Shown here in pieces: positions 16,870 through 23,949 of a stretch of DNA of 24,992 nucleotides. Origin of the DNA: Nanobdellota archaeon (GTDB lineage Archaea; Nanobdellota; Nanobdellia; Pacearchaeales; GW2011-AR1); NCBI GenBank assembly GCA_018830905.1, contig JAHJRM010000017.1, positions 1 through 24,992 of the forward strand, written 5' to 3'. How positions within the stretch are numbered: the stretch's first letter is position 1; the number at the start of each line of letters is the position of its first letter. Made by a program: the position numbers and the translations under genes. Under the pieces are notes generated by a model. That model was not told the origin of the DNA. It saw only the letters and a program-made list of their open reading frames with translations, and did no database searches.

Positions 16870-17562
16870 TCAGCAAAACCTCCCTAGATTCTTCTCCGCC
16901 TCTTTGATTATGCTCTCCATAACTTTAACCGCGTTCGCAGGATATTTTCCAACAGCAGTCTCTTCAGACAACATCACCATTGTAGAACCGTCGAAAACGG
17001 CATTAACGACATCATTAGTCTCAGAATTCTTAGGGGTCTTATGTCCTTTCAATGAATAAAGCATCTCAGTAGCAGTAATTGAAATCTTTCCTTTTTTCTT
17101 GCACTTCTTCAAGATTTCTTTCTGCCGAATCGGAACTCGCCCTATAGGAATATTCTCTGACAGATCCCCTCGCGCAACCATTATCCCATCGCTCTCCTTC
17201 AGAATATTATCAAAATTCCTTATTCCCTTCTTGTTTTCTATCTTAGCAATTACCATAACATCTTTAGACCCAAGAATTTTCTTAACTTCCTTTATCTGCC
17301 GAGCTGAAGACGCAAATGATATCGCGACATACTCATAATCCCTGTCCTTCATCCAATCAAGAATTTTAAGATTATTTATATCAATCAAGACCTCAAGTCC
17401 TGCCCTCCTTATCAAATCGTAAATCTTAAACAATTGAGCCTTATTAGTATACTTAGTATTTATTCTACCAACATCCATGCCGTTTTTTTTCATCTTTCTA
17501 AGAGTAATCAAGTTGTTACTCGCCGGCCCAATCGTCGCAACAATTTTAGTTTTTGATTTCAT
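16870..17562 (-). CDS. pyk: Pyruvate kinase-like protein, barrel only (no B or C domain)
   Basis: TKIVATIGPAS, IAKIEN, DGIMVARGDL, ITATEML, NAVFDG, MLSEETAVGKYP; only 230 aa. Confidence 0.88.
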   Translation of the reverse strand: MKSKTKIVATIGPASNNLITLRKMKKNGMDVGRINTKYTNKAQLFKIYDLIRRAGLEVLIDINNLKILDWMKDRDYEYVAISFASSARQIKEVKKILGSKDVMVIAKIENKKGIRNFDNILKESDGIMVARGDLSENIPIGRVPIRQKEILKKCKKKGKISITATEMLYSLKGHKTPKNSETNDVVNAVFDGSTMVMLSEETAVGKYPANAVKVMESIIKEAEKNLGRFC

Positions 17563-17760
17563 GATTCTAATAATTACCTTTCATTTTTTAATGTATTGCT
17601 TTTGACACAAGAAATCACGTTCACATACAGACTAATGGCTTTAACCTAAAAAAGTTCGTTATTTATCGGGATGTTTAACAAAAGAAATTTTATTATATAT
17701 TGTTAGTTGCAACTTAGTCCTTCGGACGTATTGCTTCGGCTTCGCCTCAGAAATTTATAT

Positions 17761-17792
17761 TAGAAATAATCTTCCCCCCGAAACGAATTTTC
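17761..17792. repeat. Left hybrid site A'-spacer-B of the prenyltransferase cassette
   Basis: TAGAAATAATCT-TCCCCCC-GAAACGAATTTTC. Confidence 0.8.
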
Positions 17793-18771
17793 ATTCATAT
17801 CTTTTTAACAAATCATAAAACTTATTTCTTTGCGTCATTGTTGTTGCAAATTCAATCATTCTTCTTGCCCTTGAATCTGAAAAGTCTGCAAGAATCTCTA
17901 AACCTTTATCACAATACTCTTGAGCTAATTGTTTTCCTTTTTCTATTACTCCATGTTGCACAACAATTTGTCTAACTTTTTCAATTTGATCAGGTGTTAA
18001 AGTTCTCTGACCAAAAAGTTCTTCTAACTCTTGTCTATCTTTTTCTGGGGCTTCACTTAAAGCAATCATATTTGGAAAAGTATATTTTCCTGCTCTAAAA
18101 TCTTCTAAATCTTTTCCAAAATCCCAAGTATCATTGGCGATTATATAGGCCATCCCTATATTCCTCCCTGCTAAACCTATTGCATCTAATTCTTCATTTG
18201 TGGCTTTTCCCAAAGTTGCTCCCAATCTTAATGCTCTCTCCCAAAAATTATAACCTTTAACTTTTTGTAAATATGTATTCATATCAGGTTCTCTTAAATT
18301 TAAGTCAATTAAAACTGCGTTTGCATTTTCTGAATCTAATTCAGCCAACTCTTCTATAGTTTTTCTAACAAGATTTGCTGAAAAATCTGAATTTAAGTCA
18401 TTTAACATTCTGTAAGACATAGAAGAGAAAATTCCTCCTAGTAGAATTAAGTCTGGATTTGCATGAGAATCAAGAACATCATCATAACAATAATAACCTG
18501 TGTCTTTTGCTTCAACAGAAGCACATGCAGGAATTGTTTTTTGCCAATTATTTCCTCCAGATAATTCATAAGCTATTCTTACTTGAGCAGGTCTTAATTG
18601 TGGTTTTCCAAATCTATACCTTTGCATAAGTTTTTGCATTAATTCTGGATTAGTATCATATTTTGATTGGATAAATTCTTTTACATAATGGTCTACAGCT
18701 TCAGCTGTTTCTTTCAGATATTCAAAATATTCAGTTCTTGCTTGATGCCTTTCTTTACTTTTCTTGCTCAT
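17791..18771 (-). CDS. Isoprenyl diphosphate synthase / class I terpenoid synthase fold protein, atypical
   Basis: GKPQLRP, DDVLD first Asp-rich motif, NDTWD second motif, DFRAGKYT; looks more A/T-ending at third codon positions than its neighbours (by eye). Confidence 0.85.
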   Translation of the reverse strand: MSKKSKERHQARTEYFEYLKETAEAVDHYVKEFIQSKYDTNPELMQKLMQRYRFGKPQLRPAQVRIAYELSGGNNWQKTIPACASVEAKDTGYYCYDDVLDSHANPDLILLGGIFSSMSYRMLNDLNSDFSANLVRKTIEELAELDSENANAVLIDLNLREPDMNTYLQKVKGYNFWERALRLGATLGKATNEELDAIGLAGRNIGMAYIIANDTWDFGKDLEDFRAGKYTFPNMIALSEAPEKDRQELEELFGQRTLTPDQIEKVRQIVVQHGVIEKGKQLAQEYCDKGLEILADFSDSRARRMIEFATTMTQRNKFYDLLKRYE

Positions 18772-18809
18772 AGTGATACTACTATTAAGTTAATATTTAT
18801 AAATCTTTA

Positions 18810-18840
18810 GAAAACTCGTTTCCACCCCAGATTATTTCTA
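18810..18840. repeat. Right hybrid site B'-spacer-A of the prenyltransferase cassette
   Basis: GAAAACTCGTTTC-CACCCC-AGATTATTTCTA. Confidence 0.8.
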
Positions 18841-19010
18841 TTTTTTTAGAAAAAAAGAAACAAAAAAGCGCGTGTGCCCTAAATTTTAGGCATTCCCTTT
18901 GGTCAGACAAATGTAACAGCGATTAAGAGATTCCAAAAACTTACAGGTTTCTCCGACCAAATCGCCTTCGGCTCGTGATTGATAATAAATAACGAAAAAA
19001 GAAACATGTC

Positions 19011-19118
19011 CTTGTATGATTTTACATATTATTTGTGAGTGAGCAATTCCGTGGTAGAGAGTAAAATTAATCAAATTTCTCGTGCGGAGTTGGGAATAGT
19101 CAGCGAGCTCCCCTTTCC
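19011..19118 (+). repeat. Dispersed intergenic repeat, copy 5 (long variant)
   Basis: CTTGTATGATTTTAC at 19011-19025, GTGAGTGAGC, and CAGCGAGCTCCCCTTTCC at 19101-19118 behind the Nop2 stop. Confidence 0.8.
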
Positions 19119-19126
19119 TAAAATAA

Positions 19127-20095
19127 TTAATCCCCAACCTTCCTAAACTTCGCAATGAAAAAACCTTCAGTCTCATCATCCTGAGGATAAATTCTGCAAG
19201 AGTACTTAACATCTTCAAGATACTCTCTCTCCTTCCATTTAGAAATTCCTTCTCGAGATTTAATCGGGATGTTAATTCTCTCAATCTTAATCTGTCCCTT
19301 AAACTCTTCCAAAATGGAATTAACAACACCCTCATTTTCTTCGGGCGAGTGCGTGCACGTGCTATAAACAATCTCTCCGCCCTTTTTCAAAATACTAAAC
19401 GCATTAGAAAAAAGATCCTTCTGAACTCCAGAAAGTTTCCTCACTGTGTTAATATTCCACATTATTGCAGTTTTAGGCGTGCTCCTCAAAGTTCCCTCTC
19501 CAGAACACGGCGCATCAATAAGAATCTTATCAAATCCATAATCCAACTTCTTCAACTTTCTACACAAAGCCGCACCATCCTGTTTTGTAATCACAACATT
19601 AGTCACACCGCATCTCTCAGTATTCGAAGCAAGTATCTTTATCCTTCCAAGACTAACCTCATTTGCAATTATTGTCCCCGTATTTTTCATAAGAGAAGCA
19701 ATCTGCGTAGTCTTACTCCCAGGAGCAGCGCACAAATCTAAAACTAATTCATCAGGTTTAGGATTTAAAGCAATAACAGGCAACATACTCGCAATCTCCT
19801 GAACATAATAATATCCCAAAACGTGCTCAACACTTCTTCCCAACTCTCCGGGCTCCAATTCATTTTCAATAATCATTATCTCTGGATTCTTCTTGAACTT
19901 TTGAGAAAGTTTCCACCCCTTAGCCTCAAGACGCTTTTTCAAATCTGAAGGAGAAATTTTAAGAGTATTACATCTAATAGACCGCGGCGGCTCCCTCTCG
20001 ATCGCCTCAATATAATTATCAAAATCGTCGCCAAGAAGTTCTTTCATTCTCTCAATAAAAAGAGGTTTCAAGTTTGCAGAATCTAATCTTGTCAT
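19127..20095 (-). CDS. Nop2/RsmB/RsmF-family RNA m5C methyltransferase
   Basis: YYVQEIASM, DLCAAPGSKT, DKILIDAPCSGEG, YSTCTHSPEENE, TEGFFIAK. Confidence 0.95.
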   Translation of the reverse strand: MTRLDSANLKPLFIERMKELLGDDFDNYIEAIEREPPRSIRCNTLKISPSDLKKRLEAKGWKLSQKFKKNPEIMIIENELEPGELGRSVEHVLGYYYVQEIASMLPVIALNPKPDELVLDLCAAPGSKTTQIASLMKNTGTIIANEVSLGRIKILASNTERCGVTNVVITKQDGAALCRKLKKLDYGFDKILIDAPCSGEGTLRSTPKTAIMWNINTVRKLSGVQKDLFSNAFSILKKGGEIVYSTCTHSPEENEGVVNSILEEFKGQIKIERINIPIKSREGISKWKEREYLEDVKYSCRIYPQDDETEGFFIAKFRKVGD

Positions 20096-20160
20096 GATTC
20101 AAAAAAGATGAAGTTGTTTTAATTAGTTTACTCTTATATTTGATTAATACCCAAACAGAA

Positions 20161-20232
20161 AATAAACATCTTCAGTATGATTTTACCTTATTATCTCTCG
20201 GATAAATTTGCGAGCGTCAGCGAGCCTTCCTC
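20161..20232 (+). repeat. Dispersed intergenic repeat, copy 6
   Basis: AATAAACATC...TATGATTTTAC...TTATCT...AAATTTGCGAGCGTCAGCGAGCCTTCCTC; ends 6 nt from the stop of 20239-20844. Confidence 0.88.
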
Positions 20233-20238
20233 CTAAAA

Positions 20239-20844
20239 CTAACAACCACAACTCTTTATCTTCTTACCCAAAAAAAAGAAAGGATACAGGATATCACTAA
20301 CACAACAAGGAACAATAACTGCCACAAACGTAATTACAAAAGAAATCACCAAATAAGATACATCAAACTCTGGGCTAAAAGCAAGAAGGTAGAAAAGGCT
20401 TGCAAAAACAGACAATCCAACATGAATAAAATGAGGCATGCTCGTCATTTTTGTTTTCGCTCCAATAAAGCTTCCTACTAGTGCAGAGCCAAGGATTAAT
20501 GCTGGTTCTTCAATTATTGGAAGATGAAAATGTGTGTGAAGACTTAAGAGATTTCCCCCTATCCAAGGAAAAACAACATCGCTAAGACTTCCAATAATTA
20601 TCGCCCCAGAAATTCCAACTAGTAAAGCAGGAATCATTTTAGATTTGTATTTGTAAAAAATACCAGAGGTAACCATCGCAGATGCAAAAACATGCAGAGG
20701 ATGGAAAATCTCAAAAGACCCCTCCGAAACACCCAACTGTAAATAATACTCTATAAACAAAACGACCCCTATCGCAATAAACGTTGCCGCAGCAGCAAAA
20801 GGTACGTGATGCTTCGTCTCATGAATAAGTTCTTTAATCCTCAT
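20239..20844 (-). CDS. Multi-TM membrane protein with His/Cys clusters, unknown function
   Basis: About six hydrophobic segments; HHVPF, FHPLH, HTHFH, HFIH, PCCVSD. Confidence 0.8.
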   Translation of the reverse strand: MRIKELIHETKHHVPFAAAATFIAIGVVLFIEYYLQLGVSEGSFEIFHPLHVFASAMVTSGIFYKYKSKMIPALLVGISGAIIIGSLSDVVFPWIGGNLLSLHTHFHLPIIEEPALILGSALVGSFIGAKTKMTSMPHFIHVGLSVFASLFYLLAFSPEFDVSYLVISFVITFVAVIVPCCVSDILYPFFFLGKKIKSCGC

Positions 20845-20950
20845 TTAAATTATAGAAAATGAATTAGCTTTATAAATCTTGCAGGAATCGCGGTGATGAT
20901 TCCCCTATCGGTTTTGGAATAGCCAAGTATTTCTAAAAAAACTCCCTAAA

Positions 20951-21009
20951 AAATAAACATATCCTTGTATGATTTCACCTGTTAATTGCGAACGTTAGTG
21001 AGCTTCCCC
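20951..21009 (+). repeat. Dispersed intergenic repeat, copy 7
   Basis: AAATAAACATATCCTTGTATGATTTCACCTGTTAATTGCGAACGTTAGTGAGCTTCCCC, abutting the polB stop. Confidence 0.9.
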
Positions 21010-23469
21010 TCAGAAATCCCCCAAACTAGTCTGCTTCTTTCCATCAGTAATTTCTTTTATATTCAATCCAAAAACCTGAAATATATTCTCAACAGAAGGA
21101 AGTATCTGTTTATCAAGATAGTATTCAATATCATACTCTCCTTTCTCTTCAGGCAACTTAACCTTATCCCTAACAAGACTCTTCTTCTCACCCATATTTG
21201 AAATATAATACTCAATCAAGCCCCCTCCGGTAAGAGGAATGTCCTTCTCTTTCATTTTCCGTGCAGCAATCACATGCGGCGAAATCGCCTTATACTCTCC
21301 CAAAGGCTTCTTCAACATAGTCTTAATTATCAAATCCTTCTTGTCAACATCTCGACTCTTAATCTTCTTAACTATATCCTTAACATATTCCAACGCCTCC
21401 TTTTCATTTCCAGACTCAAGAACCTGCATGATTACTTTATTCTGAACCTCACGCGCAAGCGCGCACCAATCTCTCCTAACTGTCTCAAATCCCCTAATCT
21501 TTAACTTCCCATCATGGCCCATCAAAGCATACTTCTTCTTCGCACCAATCGTCCCAGTCCTTTTAGTAACCCATAAACCCCTCTTGAAAAAGTCCTCAAG
21601 CTCAAGATGCATCACCCCAGGCAACTCTGAATTCAACTTATCAAGAAATTTCTTTACATCACTCTTAGATTTACCATTCATCAAAAACGCAACAGAATCA
21701 GTATCTCCAAAAATAACTTTATACCCTGCTTTCTCAACTTTGTCTATAGTTTCCTTATTATATTTTCTAACAAAAGCAAGTATCGAGGCAGAAGCCTCGT
21801 GACTATAATACCTAGCACCAAAAAACGCAACATATCCATGAGCGGAAGCAGACAAAACCTTAAACGCATTACTCTTAGCCTTCGTAAACAAGTTCGGATT
21901 TTTCTTATACTCTGCTTTCGCTTTCTTCCTCAATTCAAAAATTTCTTTCATTAATTCAGGAAAAAAACCAGGCTTCTTGGTAAAATAATACTTCACACTC
22001 TCACCATTCTCTTCAATTTCAGGAGATTCATAAGAATCTTTAGTCTTCTTCTCAAGAAGTGTAGCCTTTGACAAATTATGCGTGATAATTATACTTGTAT
22101 GCATCGAGGTGAAATCAAACATTGCTATATCTTCATACAATCCTGGCGTAGGCTCAAAAACAAACGCCCCCTCGCTCCGGATACCTTTTCTCTCACCAAT
22201 CTCTTCGTGACCAGGCCTTCTCTCTGGGATCTCATCAAACCTATAAAGATTATGCAACAAATAAGACTCAACATATTTCGAAAGACCAGCACGCGACACC
22301 TCATAAACAGGCTCTTTCAAAACGCTAACAAACTCTAACAAATCTGGCCAGAACTTATCAAATAAATCCTTAACCAATTTAGAATCATGAAGATTATACT
22401 CAAAATATTTATCCCAATCATCATCCTTAATCTTCGACGAATGCTTGAACTCAAAACTAACCTTCTTATCTCCTAAGAACTCTTTAGACACCTCATTCAA
22501 AGACAAAGTCTCAGATTGCATATACTGCGCATAAGCCGTCCGTATAAATTTCAATAAATCAATATGGACAATCCCAAAGATTCTTCCAGAAACCGAAACA
22601 CCTCTACTGAACTTAGGCTTAGAACCATCCAGACCCAGAGAAAGATTAACACCGTTATGGTCTGCTCTAGCCCTCAAATAAGGCAAATCAAAACCATCAG
22701 AAAAATATCCTACAAGAAAATCTGGTGAAACTTCCTTGACACACTCAACGAACCTCTCTAAAAGCTCCGCCTCATCTTTAACACTCTCTACATAATCAAG
22801 TTTCTTAGAATTATTCTTCCAAGTTATGACTTTCTTATAACCATCAGAAACAAGCGAGACCATAAGAATCTCTCCCTTCCCAGGAATCAAATCATCCGTT
22901 TCAATATCGTACGAAAGAATTTTAGGCTTGAACATCTTTTCTTTTTTAAGAATTTTAGCAGAATCTAACTTTATACAAACGTCAACATCAAGATTTTCAA
23001 TTCCTTGAAACTCTGGCCCAGCAATCTCCCCCGAAATCTCATACCATTTCAAAGGCAAAATCTTTTTTTCAATAATATAATGCGTAACAAATCCGATATC
23101 ATGACCTCTACGACAATCAATCTCTGGAAATATCAACTCTCCCGCAATATCATGCAAATCCTTATGATTAGTAACAAAGACCTTCAAAACATCTCTCTGT
23201 TTACCCAAGAAATTCTTCTTACAAATCTCAACTTTCTCCACCCGCGTTGCACGACCCTTCACATCAAGTTGTATTTTCCCAACCCTCTCACTAAGCCTCT
23301 TAATTTTCTCATTACTAATCCCTTCCTTAATAACAGCCCAGAGATACACTGAACAAGAATCAAAAACGCAGACTCTTTTGCCTTTTTCATCTCGACCAAT
23401 CATCCTAATATGATTCCTTCCCTCAAAGTCAAAATAATCATAATCCAAAGGCACAAATTCCATTTTCAT
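21010..23469 (-). CDS. polB: Family B DNA polymerase with a proofreading domain and PIP box; atypical motifs A/B/C
   Basis: ExoI YDIET, ExoII GFDLPYL, ExoIII YNLHD, FDFTSMHTSII, KVLSASAHGY, FGDTDS, KKKYAL, RGFETVRRDW, PIP QTSLGDF. Confidence 0.95.
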   Translation of the reverse strand: MKMEFVPLDYDYFDFEGRNHIRMIGRDEKGKRVCVFDSCSVYLWAVIKEGISNEKIKRLSERVGKIQLDVKGRATRVEKVEICKKNFLGKQRDVLKVFVTNHKDLHDIAGELIFPEIDCRRGHDIGFVTHYIIEKKILPLKWYEISGEIAGPEFQGIENLDVDVCIKLDSAKILKKEKMFKPKILSYDIETDDLIPGKGEILMVSLVSDGYKKVITWKNNSKKLDYVESVKDEAELLERFVECVKEVSPDFLVGYFSDGFDLPYLRARADHNGVNLSLGLDGSKPKFSRGVSVSGRIFGIVHIDLLKFIRTAYAQYMQSETLSLNEVSKEFLGDKKVSFEFKHSSKIKDDDWDKYFEYNLHDSKLVKDLFDKFWPDLLEFVSVLKEPVYEVSRAGLSKYVESYLLHNLYRFDEIPERRPGHEEIGERKGIRSEGAFVFEPTPGLYEDIAMFDFTSMHTSIIITHNLSKATLLEKKTKDSYESPEIEENGESVKYYFTKKPGFFPELMKEIFELRKKAKAEYKKNPNLFTKAKSNAFKVLSASAHGYVAFFGARYYSHEASASILAFVRKYNKETIDKVEKAGYKVIFGDTDSVAFLMNGKSKSDVKKFLDKLNSELPGVMHLELEDFFKRGLWVTKRTGTIGAKKKYALMGHDGKLKIRGFETVRRDWCALAREVQNKVIMQVLESGNEKEALEYVKDIVKKIKSRDVDKKDLIIKTMLKKPLGEYKAISPHVIAARKMKEKDIPLTGGGLIEYYISNMGEKKSLVRDKVKLPEEKGEYDIEYYLDKQILPSVENIFQVFGLNIKEITDGKKQTSLGDF

Positions 23470-23553
23470 AAATTTATTAAAGTTCGAAGTTATTTAAATC
23501 TTGATAAATTTTCAAAACAAAAAGTTTATATATCGTTTGCAAGGAATAAAAAC

Positions 23554-23919
23554 ATGGAAAAACTTGAAAGATACCAAAGACTTGATGAAGAATATGACCC
23601 TGAATTAGACATTCTTGAAACAGGGGGAGCTAGGGGAATTGCTTTAGCCGAAGAAATTCTTATGGAACAGAGAGTTGAAAATCTTGTAAACAATGCAGGT
23701 AAAACTAAAAGAGACAGAGTTTATCAAACATTTCTCAGTGAATCAGATAGAATTAGCTATTTTAGACCAGAAGTTCAAAGGAACATTCTTGAAAAATATT
23801 TTCCGGGAAGATTCGGTAGAACAGGAAGAACTCCTGTCTCGCAAATGGATGACCAGCAGATTCTCGGGACATTTAATGGACTAGTCAATTATGCAAGAAA
23901 AAGAGTCTACCATCAATAA
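23554..23919 (+). CDS. Hypothetical 121-aa protein
   Basis: ATG 23554 lies 29 nt after TTTATATA; the upstream extension in the ORF track overlaps polB. Confidence 0.75.
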   Translation: MEKLERYQRLDEEYDPELDILETGGARGIALAEEILMEQRVENLVNNAGKTKRDRVYQTFLSESDRISYFRPEVQRNILEKYFPGRFGRTGRTPVSQMDDQQILGTFNGLVNYARKRVYHQ

Positions 23920-23949
23920 ATTTTTATATTTGCATTCATTCTACAATCA

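Larger units (their letters stand above)
17761..18840. mobile_element. Putative non-autonomous single-gene cassette (13-bp inner inverted repeats, 6-bp near-direct repeats, palindromic target)
   Basis: Inner arms are 12/13 inverted, spacers are CCCCCC/CACCCC, outer arms are 12/12 inverted; the unit encloses one gene plus its TATA box. Confidence 0.6.

Noticed and set aside
17761-18840. Cassette ends as canonical Xer dif sites
   Set aside because: Only one arm (TTATTTCTA) resembles archaeal dif arms; the TAA-N6-TTA geometry is absent.
18886-19371. 161-aa minus-strand ORF spanning repeat copy 5
   Set aside because: Out-of-frame overlap with Nop2 and non-coding repeats; no protein-like signal.
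20884-20903. GGAATC/GATTCC hairpin containing a C-box-like GTGATGA
   Set aside because: No downstream CTGA D box at a suitable distance; a single short hairpin is insufficient evidence.
14271-21009. Dispersed repeats as integron attC sites or a CRISPR array
   Set aside because: No paired RYYYAAC/GTTRRRY boxes forming a long hairpin, no regular repeat-spacer period, no intI or cas gene in the window, and the adjacent genes are promoter-bearing, largely housekeeping genes.
22094-22101. CTTGTATG inside polB
   Set aside because: 8-mer dictated by the coding sequence; lacks ATTTTAC and the GC module.
23410-23553. Longer start for the 121-aa protein
   Set aside because: Overlaps the polB start and both promoters; ATG 23554 fits the 29-nt rule.
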